Source: Nostoc sp. | Lineage (GTDB): Bacteria; Cyanobacteriota; Cyanobacteriia; Cyanobacteriales; Nostocaceae | Direction: 5' to 3' | Assembly: GCA_036918135.1 (NCBI GenBank) | Contig: JBALDB010000028.1 | Span: forward strand, 32,001-96,000 | DNA length: 64,000 nt | Part shown: positions 43,800 to 52,716 of the stretch, piece after piece | Layout of the letters: each line of letters starts with the position of its first letter | Numbering within the stretch: the stretch's first letter is position 1 | The notes under the pieces: model-generated | What the model was told of the DNA's origin: nothing | Database searches by the model: none | The model's input: the letters and a program-made list of their open reading frames with translations, nothing else | Translations under genes and position numbers: made by a program

Positions 43800-45257
43800 T
43801 TAATTTTCCTTAATTGAATAAACCTGATGTGCCCTGATTTCTACCCAGTGGGCAGCGAGGCATTTCTCCCAACCTTCACGAGTGCCGATATCGCTTTTGT
43901 GCTTGAGCAATCCTAATTCCTCTTCTTGTTGGGTGAGTTTCGCAAATTCTTGGTAACGCGGATAATCGGCGCTAACAAATGTTTCTTTGCGGTGCAAAAT
44001 GGGCGGATTTGCTCTAGTTTTATACTCTCGGTGAGTAACAGTTAGGGTTTTTAAGTCAATACTTATACTTGCATTTAAAGCTGGATGGGCATCAATATCA
44101 AATTCTGGATAAAAAAGATAGGATATTTGCGGTTTATCAATGTGATATTTTATCAATGTGGCTCGGTCTACACGCCCAATGGTGCGGCTAGCGCAGCCTT
44201 CATAAATTCGCAGTAAAGGATCGAGTGCAGCAAGTGCCGAAACATGGACGTAAAGTGCGCCACGGGTGTGTTTACCAATTTTGCTTTTTTCGCAAGCAGT
44301 TTGAATCACCCCAGATTTGCCTAAGCTAAAAAGCTTTTGGTCGGCGACTTCGCAGGCTTCTTCGTAGCTACTAAAAAAGGCTTTGATGTCGTGACGCATT
44401 TCTGGTGCTAGTTTCTGCCATGCAGGGCGGCGATCGAAGTGGGTGAGGGCGAGATAAACTTGAATATCTAGAGAACGACGATAAGCGATCGCATCCCATT
44501 CTGCTTCGTCGGTAGCTTGTAAAACTACGCCAAAGGCACGGCGGAAGTTACCAAATTCGCTCAATAATTCCTGTTCATTTTCCAATTCCCCTTTCACAGG
44601 CAGTCTACCGCGCTTGGTAAAAAAAGCCATAAGTGGTTGCAGCTGTTCTTGGTAATCTTCAAACCGCTTAGTGGGAATACAGACTCGCGGTGTAGAAGAA
44701 GTAGAGAAGAAGCGGATAGCTTTGTAACTTTCTTTTTGGGCTTCATCTCGAAAAACAAAGTAGACGCCTAGCGCTATGGGCACAGCATCCACATTTAGCA
44801 CTTCATCAATGTAAGTTTTAAGTTCCTCTTGTTCGTAATATTTCTGAAAAGTGTTGCGGCGGGTTACAATGCCATCGTTGTAAGCAAGTTGGGTTTTGCT
44901 GGGGGCGTTAATCAGTATTTGAGCGGCGACAATTAAAACTTGTTGGGTGAGTTCCCAAGCTTGGATGAGACTTTGACGGCGTTCCTCTGCATCTTCGATG
45001 ACATTGAGGACATAACCCAAGTTGACGACATCGGCTCTAGTGCGTGGAACATCGGGATAGTAGTAAGGGTCCCAGCCTGCACTCGTATAGCCTAAGTTTG
45101 CAACTCGCTGCACATCACCACCGTAGCCGCAACCATAGTCAAAAAAAGTGGTGTCTTGATGCAGAATTGCCCATTCTATTGCTAATCGCACAGGGCGAGA
45201 TAGATCGGTACGAGCGATCGCAGCTCTATGACGCTCGATTTCTAACGCTTCAGGCAT
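43800..45257 (-). CDS. DNA phosphorothioation-associated putative methyltransferase
   Basis: DYGCGYGGD SAM motif, WDPYY, VNLGYVLNVIED, TFQKYY and NPPILHRKETFV; directly downstream of dndE. Confidence 0.85.
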   Translation of the reverse strand: MPEALEIERHRAAIARTDLSRPVRLAIEWAILHQDTTFFDYGCGYGGDVQRVANLGYTSAGWDPYYYPDVPRTRADVVNLGYVLNVIEDAEERRQSLIQAWELTQQVLIVAAQILINAPSKTQLAYNDGIVTRRNTFQKYYEQEELKTYIDEVLNVDAVPIALGVYFVFRDEAQKESYKAIRFFSTSSTPRVCIPTKRFEDYQEQLQPLMAFFTKRGRLPVKGELENEQELLSEFGNFRRAFGVVLQATDEAEWDAIAYRRSLDIQVYLALTHFDRRPAWQKLAPEMRHDIKAFFSSYEEACEVADQKLFSLGKSGVIQTACEKSKIGKHTRGALYVHVSALAALDPLLRIYEGCASRTIGRVDRATLIKYHIDKPQISYLFYPEFDIDAHPALNASISIDLKTLTVTHREYKTRANPPILHRKETFVSADYPRYQEFAKLTQQEEELGLLKHKSDIGTREGWEKCLAAHWVEIRAHQVYSIKEN

Positions 45258-45382
45258 AAGGCTAATTCGTATTCGTAATGACGCTCGTTCCTCGCTAACG
45301 CTTCGCTATCGCGGCGCTAACGTAATTCGTAATTAAGAAAGTTGGGTATATGCCGTTTTTTTACCCATTAGCTAATATCCTT

Positions 45383-45769
45383 TCAATCTTTGATCGCTAG
45401 TTCTACTAAATCTTCAATTTTCTTGATATTTTGATCGCCTGCTAAGTAACCGATACCGCGATGCAAATGTAGGCGGAATTGGGTGGCGAGGGTTTCTTTA
45501 TCGGTGCCACAACCATCGTTGTGACAGCGTTGCTTGAGGGCGAGAAGGAGAAGATCGGACATTTCGCCGCCAAAGACACGCCAAGTCATTTCGACGTTGC
45601 TATCTTGGGGAATTGGTACCGGGGAAGGTGGAGTTGGTTCTGCTAGGGAACGACAAAACGCCCAACGGCAAAGAATATTCCATTGGTCAATTTTAGTGCT
45701 GCGTCTGAGTTTGAGAAGTTGGTCTTTGGCTGTTTGGGAAAGTTTAATTCTTTCGATTGGGGATTCCAT
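45383..45769 (-). CDS. dndE: DNA sulfur modification protein DndE
   Basis: IKLSQ.AKDQL..L.R.T.I..WNILCRWAFC.SL and HLHRGIGYL motifs. Confidence 0.93.
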   Translation of the reverse strand: MESPIERIKLSQTAKDQLLKLRRSTKIDQWNILCRWAFCRSLAEPTPPSPVPIPQDSNVEMTWRVFGGEMSDLLLLALKQRCHNDGCGTDKETLATQFRLHLHRGIGYLAGDQNIKKIEDLVELAIKD

Positions 45770-45811
45770 AATCTTGCTAAAAATAGTGATTTTCTTTAGC
45801 TAGGATATTTA

Positions 45812-47800
45812 CTACCAAAAATATTGATTTTCTAGTACTGTTGTTTGACGGGTAGCAGAATCGTATTTGAGGAGGTATTCGCGGGCGATCGCTTCATTTT
45901 TCCTCAGTGTTTCAACTTCTTTTTTACCGATTTCGGTATCAGTAGAAAGGAGAATTACTTGATGGCTGGCGGCGGGGAAGTATTTTTCTACTAGGTTATT
46001 GCGGTGGGAGGAGTCGAGTCTGCCGAGAGGTGTGTCGATGGCTACGGGTAAGCGCAGACCGGAGACTTTGGCTAATCCCCACAAGAAGGCGATCGCTAGT
46101 AGTTGTTTTTCACCAGCTGAAAGGCGATGTTTGGGAACTGGTAACCCGTCGAAATCGAACAAAGATAAGGCAAAGGTTTTAGTATCAATAGCAATGCGAA
46201 ATACTAAATCTGATTTATGCAGTAGGTAGAGGAAACAATTCTTCACTTCTTCCTCTAATTTATTGAGTTTTCGCAGTGTTAATTTTTCTCGAAAAATCTT
46301 AAGGGTTTCTTGTACTTTCGAGGCTGAGGTAATGATATGTTCTCTATTTTTATGGTCTATATTTTTGTCAGTATAATCTTTTAACTCTTTTTTAGTTATT
46401 TCAATTGCATCAGTTAATGCTACTAATTTATGACGAGTGGTTTCGTAATTTGTTTTAGCTTGCACAACTTCGCTTTGTGCTACTTCCACGGCATCGTGTA
46501 GCTTTTGATAAGCTTCTGGTTCGGCAGCTGTCTGCACTTGTCTTTCTAACGTAATAATTTCTTCTTCTATATTTTTGAGATTACCTAACTTTTGTTTTGC
46601 AGTATTACGAGCATTCTGTAAATGATATCTCACATTATCTAATTGACTCAAACTTTCCTCGTCAGCTAATAACCAAGGTGGTTCAACTTGGAATGAACTT
46701 GTATATAAATTATCTACATCTTCGGCTAAAAAAGATTGAATTTTATCGATTTGTGTTGAGGCGATCGCTAACTGACTTAACCATTCAAGTAAGCGTTTAT
46801 CTCGCTCAAGCAAAACATCTCTAGCAAGTTGTACCTGCTGATTACGAAATTCATTTGCTCCTTGTGCTTCTACCTGACTTAATAAATTAGGAATTAATGC
46901 TAAAGGCAAGATATCAGCAGCTAATTCACACAACGACTGCCGAATTGTTTTTAACGCAGTAGTTTTTTCTTTTTGTTTTTCTTCTAACTGACTGCGTTCT
47001 GCGGCGATTTTACCACCCTCAGATACGAATCTATCTAAAGCTTCTCTTTGAATAGTCTCTAATTCTTCAATTTTATTTTTGAAACTAGCTAATTCTTGTT
47101 CTGTTGTTTGATAATCTTCTTGCTGTTGTAATAACCTTTTTTCAATTTCTTCTAGGTTGGCTAAATCTTTTGTATCAACAATTCCTTTACGCTTGCGGTT
47201 GACTAAAACCTCCAAATCAACTGCTAATTTGTCAGCCAATTCTAGCCCTAACAGTCCGCGAATAGCTTCAATAACCATTTGTGGTGGTGTTTCTTGTTCT
47301 GCCAGTTCTTTAACTTGTTCGCCATCAAATAAAAATAAATTAGAAATTCCTAAAGGCAGTAGATTTTCTATATAGTCGTCCCAAATATTTGCTAGATAAT
47401 CGACCGGCCAAGTGTCATCATCACCTAAAATTCCTAATGTATCTTTACCATCTTTAAGATTTTTTTCCCAAGTTCTAACAATACGATATTTTATTGGCTT
47501 ATCGTCTTCGATGTGTTCAAATAGTAACTCAATTCTGGTCTTTTCCGCAGGGTTAGCTTTACTATTAACACATTGGTTTAAAAAATCACTGTAACTCAGA
47601 TTACCACGAGTAGAACATTGGGCGCGTTGTCCATATAGGGCAAGACGAATAGCATCCATGAGAGTAGTTTTTCCGCCGCCATTCATACCACCTAATAAGA
47701 GAATTGGGCGAGGATTTTCCTCAGTTCTTGGGTCAAGATTGATTACTTGTCTGCCAGAGTAAGGGCCAAAATTTTGTAATACGAGTTCCAGAAATATCAT
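45812..47800 (-). CDS. dndD: DNA sulfur modification protein DndD (SMC-like ATPase)
   Basis: GGMNGGGKTT, LFLFDGE, LSAGEKQ, IDTPLGRLDS and LSTDTEI motifs. Confidence 0.93.
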   Translation of the reverse strand: MIFLELVLQNFGPYSGRQVINLDPRTEENPRPILLLGGMNGGGKTTLMDAIRLALYGQRAQCSTRGNLSYSDFLNQCVNSKANPAEKTRIELLFEHIEDDKPIKYRIVRTWEKNLKDGKDTLGILGDDDTWPVDYLANIWDDYIENLLPLGISNLFLFDGEQVKELAEQETPPQMVIEAIRGLLGLELADKLAVDLEVLVNRKRKGIVDTKDLANLEEIEKRLLQQQEDYQTTEQELASFKNKIEELETIQREALDRFVSEGGKIAAERSQLEEKQKEKTTALKTIRQSLCELAADILPLALIPNLLSQVEAQGANEFRNQQVQLARDVLLERDKRLLEWLSQLAIASTQIDKIQSFLAEDVDNLYTSSFQVEPPWLLADEESLSQLDNVRYHLQNARNTAKQKLGNLKNIEEEIITLERQVQTAAEPEAYQKLHDAVEVAQSEVVQAKTNYETTRHKLVALTDAIEITKKELKDYTDKNIDHKNREHIITSASKVQETLKIFREKLTLRKLNKLEEEVKNCFLYLLHKSDLVFRIAIDTKTFALSLFDFDGLPVPKHRLSAGEKQLLAIAFLWGLAKVSGLRLPVAIDTPLGRLDSSHRNNLVEKYFPAASHQVILLSTDTEIGKKEVETLRKNEAIAREYLLKYDSATRQTTVLENQYFW

Positions 47801-47921
47801 TATCTATATTTAACCCGTGCAAGTGGGTTTTGTTTGTGTAACGGCGATTTCTAATTGTCAAGAATTTTTTGTAGGGTGTGCATTGCCCACCCTACCACAT
47901 TTTTCATTAGCTGAAGTCTAA

Positions 47922-48176
47922 TTAGTTTGTCAGAATGTGCCTAGTTAAAATACTCATAACTTCACCAGGGTTAGAACTAGGTAATAAAGGACTCCACTCA
48001 TTAACTTGGGCAAAACCAAGTTTGTATAAAGTCAGAATTATGTTGTTAACACCTTTTTTAGAACCATAAATTACAACTTTTACAGATTCTTTATTTGGTG
48101 TTGTTTCTGTAGAATCCTTGGTGGAAACAAGCAGCGCGTTAGTTTCCAAAGTCTCTGCTAGAAAGCTTGTACTCAT
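47922..48176 (-). CDS. Small conserved cyanobacterial hypothetical protein
   Basis: 84 aa with a GS..GV..II..L..LGFA...EWSPLLP....GEVMSILTR pattern; divergent from an XRE gene. Confidence 0.7.
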   Translation of the reverse strand: MSTSFLAETLETNALLVSTKDSTETTPNKESVKVVIYGSKKGVNNIILTLYKLGFAQVNEWSPLLPSSNPGEVMSILTRHILTN

Positions 48177-48206
48177 TGAAATTTACCTGTTTGTGAATAA
48201 GCAGCC

Positions 48207-48262
48207 TTGTTACATAAACGTAACAAGATTATCTTACACTGTTTGTTACATATATAGAACAT
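48207..48262. promoter_or_regulatory. Two inverted-repeat operator candidates (TTGTTAC-N6-GTAACAA and TTGTTAC-N6-AGAACAT)
   Basis: Perfect palindrome at 48207-48226 and a degenerate copy at 48243-48262 in the divergent intergenic gap. Confidence 0.55.
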
Positions 48263-48297
48263 TTACTAGGTTATAAGCCTTTGACACAATCAAAGGC

Positions 48298-48543
48298 ATG
48301 GGAAAAGCAGGTAAAGCGCTGAAACAGGTGTTGGAAATCTACGGCATCAGCCAAAATAAATTAGCAGTCACAATGGGAACAGGACGACCAAACGTTCACC
48401 GATGGGTTAATGAGATGACAGACCCTGTAGCTGATGCGGTGTTGGAAATTCGTGATGCACTCAAGAAAATTAATCCAGCCGCAGCAGAAGATTTTATCAG
48501 GCTGTACTTGGGAGATGCTGACGATGATAATGAGCAAGCTTAA
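48298..48543 (+). CDS. XRE-family helix-turn-helix regulator
   Basis: LKQVLE.YGISQNKLAVTMGTGRPNVHRWVNE HTH. Its stop overlaps the dndC stop convergently. Confidence 0.85.
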   Translation: MGKAGKALKQVLEIYGISQNKLAVTMGTGRPNVHRWVNEMTDPVADAVLEIRDALKKINPAAAEDFIRLYLGDADDDNEQA

Positions 48544-50195
48544 GGCTTTGTTTGTTGATTTTTAAATTTCATATTTGCCCAAGTCTTGGCATTGTCAGCA
48601 GATTTTGTAGTATTTGTTGTGTCAATTTGTGTATCCGGTGTACTTGTTTGTTCCTCTGGTGCGACAAAATCTGCTAAAGTCAGCTGCTTGACCTTTTCAA
48701 TATCACCTTGTTCAACTGCTTTTTTCAAATCATAAGTTAAAAGAGCATTATCAACAGCTTGTTTTTGAGAGCGCGAACTAGTTTTAAAGCATTTTTCTAA
48801 TCTTTCGTAAATTCCTATACGACGCGACATTTTCCGAAATTGGCGTTCTGTGTCTAAGAGTTTTGCTATCAGTTCTAAGTGCATCTCATCATCTATACAG
48901 ACTTCTTCTAACACAGCCCATTCATCGCTACCTAATAAGCTAAGGTCAGCACCTGGACGGGGGTCTTTAAATTCTTCACCTGTGACCTCTTGATAAATGC
49001 GGGGTAAGCTGTCGTCAAACTCGTGTTTTTCTTCTAACCAAATACGGCGAATTGCACTCAATTCTTCTAGGGAGATAAGAGTAATGTCGCGCATATTTTC
49101 CGGTGCTGTGCAGCGAATTTGGGTTTGTGCCTCTAAAACTCGTCTTAACCAATGTTCGCGCCAGTATTTTGTATATGGCCCAGGTATTGGTTCAACAGAG
49201 ACTTTTCCATCTTTATTGCGTTCAAATAATTGGACTTCTCCTCTAAGTCTTCGGAAGTCTCTTTTGTCTCTGTCATCTTCAGCATCTAATTCATTACGGA
49301 TATCTAATAAAGGCTGCATCCATTCTTTTTCTTCATCATTCTGGATCATCGCCTGCATAGATTTATCTTGATTAACTAGTGTGCAAACCCAACAGCCAAA
49401 TCGTGAATCGCCACAACTGGGAGTTGAGGTATCTATAACTAAAGGGCATTCATTATCTGCTGTTGCACCTCGATATAAACTAAATAATTCTTTATTGCTA
49501 TGCCCCCAAGGATTCTCATATTGGTTAAGGTAGATCCAAACATCATTATTACTCCAATCTTCAATAGGAGTATAAATTAAAGAATTAGGAAGGCTAGCAT
49601 TAGGACTTAAGTGTTCTCTTACCCTACTTGCTTGATGTTTTTTCATAGTGGCAGCCCGTTTAGCACTTTCTGCTTTACGAGTACCTAAAACAAGTATTGT
49701 TTCACCGCTAGCTCGAACTATTTCACGAATGAATTGATTGGCTGGATTAATTTTTAAACGAGGCGTACACCAGCGAAACTGGTTGCGGGGGGCTGGGTAA
49801 CCTTTACCAATAAGATTTACCCAAAATGTGTCTTCAACTGCTGGATATAGTAGATGTGATTGAATCGGCATCCCTTTTTCTTTTGCAGCCGATGCCAGTT
49901 GGTTTATAGATTGACGAACCCACGCAGCAACAATAGGATTTTCTACCTGAGTATCTGTTGTAATTACATGAATTGTTTTATTTCTTTTTTTTGGAGGTAG
50001 AGCAGCGATCGCATTCCAAACAAGTTGCAAAACGGTGCTAGAGTCTTTGCCCCAAGATACGCCTATAATCCAAGGAATCCCATCTAAACAATACAATTCT
50101 TGAATTTCAGTGGTAAGAACTTGGATATACTCTACTAACTCTGCTACAGTACGTGTCTGCTGACCTTTATTTTCTGGTTGTTGTGCTTGAGTCAT
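48540..50195 (-). CDS. dndC: DNA phosphorothioation sulfurtransferase DndC
   Basis: PAPS-reductase-like S.GKDS, FWVNLIGKGYPAP, FRWCT.RLKI.P and SCGDSRFGCWVCTLV motifs. Confidence 0.95.
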   Translation of the reverse strand: MTQAQQPENKGQQTRTVAELVEYIQVLTTEIQELYCLDGIPWIIGVSWGKDSSTVLQLVWNAIAALPPKKRNKTIHVITTDTQVENPIVAAWVRQSINQLASAAKEKGMPIQSHLLYPAVEDTFWVNLIGKGYPAPRNQFRWCTPRLKINPANQFIREIVRASGETILVLGTRKAESAKRAATMKKHQASRVREHLSPNASLPNSLIYTPIEDWSNNDVWIYLNQYENPWGHSNKELFSLYRGATADNECPLVIDTSTPSCGDSRFGCWVCTLVNQDKSMQAMIQNDEEKEWMQPLLDIRNELDAEDDRDKRDFRRLRGEVQLFERNKDGKVSVEPIPGPYTKYWREHWLRRVLEAQTQIRCTAPENMRDITLISLEELSAIRRIWLEEKHEFDDSLPRIYQEVTGEEFKDPRPGADLSLLGSDEWAVLEEVCIDDEMHLELIAKLLDTERQFRKMSRRIGIYERLEKCFKTSSRSQKQAVDNALLTYDLKKAVEQGDIEKVKQLTLADFVAPEEQTSTPDTQIDTTNTTKSADNAKTWANMKFKNQQTKP

Positions 50196-50349
50196 TGCTT
50201 CCTACCTCTGGACATTTGGGCGTTACTGCTTTTTTACCCCAGCGTATGGAATGCGCGGGTTCCCAAAAAGTTTTTAAAAACTGATTTATTAGTATCTAAC
50301 TTTTTGGAGAATATAGCTACATTACAAGACTAAGTTTTTAAAAATTAAT

Positions 50350-51948
50350 ATGAGAGACATTGCATCTGACCTAACTACTGATATTGCTAGAGAGTACCTA
50401 GAGAGAGAAAACAAGGAAAAAGAGGTACTAGCTTTACTTATACAGAAATTTTTAGAGAAAAAAGACCAAATTCTCGTTCAAAAAACTGAGATGGGTGGAA
50501 GTGAAGCTTATGTTGGTTCCGTCACCCTAGAATGGTTTGCAGGGCGAGTGCATTTCGCCTCTGGTTTACCTCTGCTGCAAAAAAAGTACAATCCAGAGAC
50601 TGGTAACATCGAAATTGATGCAGATAGTATCGATGAAATTCAACAACGTCCCGTTGACTGGTCGCGTCAAGCACCCTTAGTTCAGTATTTGGCTGCTAGA
50701 AAAAATCATAAGTTTCCAGCAGTGCTAGTGGTAATTAATCAACCTTGGGTGGATGACTCCAAAGCATCTGAGTGGGATAGTGAGGAACACGCCACAAAGT
50801 CTACTACAGATTTTACGCCTCTAGATAAAGATGGTAAGGTCGGCTTACTTAATGTATCTGAAGAAAATGTAACCATTTACGCCCTAGATGGTCAACATCG
50901 GCTCATGGGAGTTCAGGGTTTAATGGAGTTAATTAAAACTGGTAAACTCCAGCGATATAAAAAGGATAAAACTGTTGATGATAGTTTTATTACAGTGTCA
51001 GATTTAATACAGCAATATCAAGTAGATCCTGCTTATTTACAAACCTTACCTAAAGAAAAAATTGGTATTGAGTTCATTTGTGCAGTTAGCGCTGGGGAGA
51101 CTCGCAACGAAGCTAGAAGAAGGGTGAGATCGATTTTTGTCCATGTCAACCTGATGGCTGCACCTTTAACTAAAGGTCAGTTAGCACAGTTAAATGAAGA
51201 TGATGGTTTTTCTATTGTTGCTAGAAAAATTGCAGTGACTCATCCACTCTTAGAACAACGTCCAAATCGTAACCCGCGCGTTAATTGGAATAGTGCTACT
51301 GTAGCAGCGAACTCTACAGTTTTGACGACACTGCAAGCCATACAAGATATGTCTGAGCGATATTTAGGTCAAAAATTTCCACACTGGAAACCATTGGAAA
51401 AAGGTTTAATTCCCATGCGTCCAGAAGATGAAGAAATTGAGCAGGGAATTGAGGAATTTAAAAAGCTTTTTGATAATTTGGCTAATTTACCTAGTTATAA
51501 AATTTTGGAACATGAAGATACGCCTGTTTTGCGAAGATTTAGTTTTGAGAAGGGTGGTGGTGAAGCAAATATACTTTTCCGTCCTGTAGCACAAGTTGCT
51601 TTAGCACAAGCTTTAGGGTTTTTAGTATTTAAAAAAGGTTTTTCTATAACCAGTATTTTTAAGAAGTTGCGAAAGTTTGACCAACAAGGCGGTTTTGCTG
51701 GTATGGAATATCCTCAGTCTCTTTGGTATGGAGTTTTGTATGACCCTAATAAAAAGCGAGTGCAGGTTTCTGGAAAAGAATTCGCAACAAAGTTATTGAT
51801 TTATATTTTGGGCGGACTTCAGGAGCAGATGGAAATTGCTGAACTTCGCAAGGCGTTGGCTCATGGGAGAACTGTAGAAAATAAAACAATAGACTTTGAC
51901 GGTAATCTGGTAGAACCAAAGAAGGTAGGGCTGCCATACATTCTTTAA
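50350..51948 (+). CDS. DGQHR-domain (DndB-family) protein
   Basis: QQRP.D, FPAVLVV, ALDGQHRL and IFVHVN motifs; divergent from dndC. Confidence 0.88.
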   Translation: MRDIASDLTTDIAREYLERENKEKEVLALLIQKFLEKKDQILVQKTEMGGSEAYVGSVTLEWFAGRVHFASGLPLLQKKYNPETGNIEIDADSIDEIQQRPVDWSRQAPLVQYLAARKNHKFPAVLVVINQPWVDDSKASEWDSEEHATKSTTDFTPLDKDGKVGLLNVSEENVTIYALDGQHRLMGVQGLMELIKTGKLQRYKKDKTVDDSFITVSDLIQQYQVDPAYLQTLPKEKIGIEFICAVSAGETRNEARRRVRSIFVHVNLMAAPLTKGQLAQLNEDDGFSIVARKIAVTHPLLEQRPNRNPRVNWNSATVAANSTVLTTLQAIQDMSERYLGQKFPHWKPLEKGLIPMRPEDEEIEQGIEEFKKLFDNLANLPSYKILEHEDTPVLRRFSFEKGGGEANILFRPVAQVALAQALGFLVFKKGFSITSIFKKLRKFDQQGGFAGMEYPQSLWYGVLYDPNKKRVQVSGKEFATKLLIYILGGLQEQMEIAELRKALAHGRTVENKTIDFDGNLVEPKKVGLPYIL

Positions 51949-52029
51949 TTACAATTCATTGCTAGTTTCTCCCCTCTTCAAATATTATTATGCTACCCTG
52001 GTACGTAATGTATAAAGGGAGTCTAATTT

Positions 52030-52710
52030 GTGGCATGGCTACATGGTAATAATGCTGTGCAACAGCTAAGTGAAAACGTCGTTTTATACGATTTAGCACA
52101 GATACGTGGAAATAGTGCTGTTTTAAGCCGCATCCCCAATAACATTGGTGGTGTATATGCTTGGTATCGTCGCTTTGAAATTGAGCCTAATGCAATAAAC
52201 GATCCTGACATATTTGTTAACTATATTCTTAAAGAACTTAATAAGGATCATTCGGCTTCAAGAGAAACAAGACTTCCGCCAATACACAAAATCAAACTAG
52301 AACCAGACACTTGCTTTTCTAAAGAGTCTTTACTTAAAGAGTTAGCGGCTGATTCTTCTTTTCGGGAACTGCTTTTCATGCTTCTAAGCAATTCACTGAT
52401 ATTTCAGCAGCCACTATATATAGGAAAAGCTAAAAATTTATATTCTCGAATTCGTAGTCATCTTAGTGAAGGTAGCATTTTACGTGAACGTCTAGCTAAA
52501 GCTGGACACAAAATTAGTCGATGCAGACTTTTAATTATTCATACATCATATGGCTATTCAAGTATTGTTTCAGATGAAATTAATAAAGAAAACGACTTTG
52601 AACATGAATTGGATGAAGAATATGAATACTCTGAACTTGCTTCAGACAAACTAGTTGAAGATATATTATCTAGACTATTTATTCCATCATTTACTCTTAG
52701 GTATGGTTAA
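52030..52710 (+). CDS. GIY-YIG nuclease-like protein
   Basis: IP...GGVYAWY ... PLYIGKAKNL.SRI.SHL ... E.IL motifs, with a long insert between GVY and YIG. Confidence 0.75.
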   Translation: MAWLHGNNAVQQLSENVVLYDLAQIRGNSAVLSRIPNNIGGVYAWYRRFEIEPNAINDPDIFVNYILKELNKDHSASRETRLPPIHKIKLEPDTCFSKESLLKELAADSSFRELLFMLLSNSLIFQQPLYIGKAKNLYSRIRSHLSEGSILRERLAKAGHKISRCRLLIIHTSYGYSSIVSDEINKENDFEHELDEEYEYSELASDKLVEDILSRLFIPSFTLRYG

Positions 52711-52716
52711 AACAGT

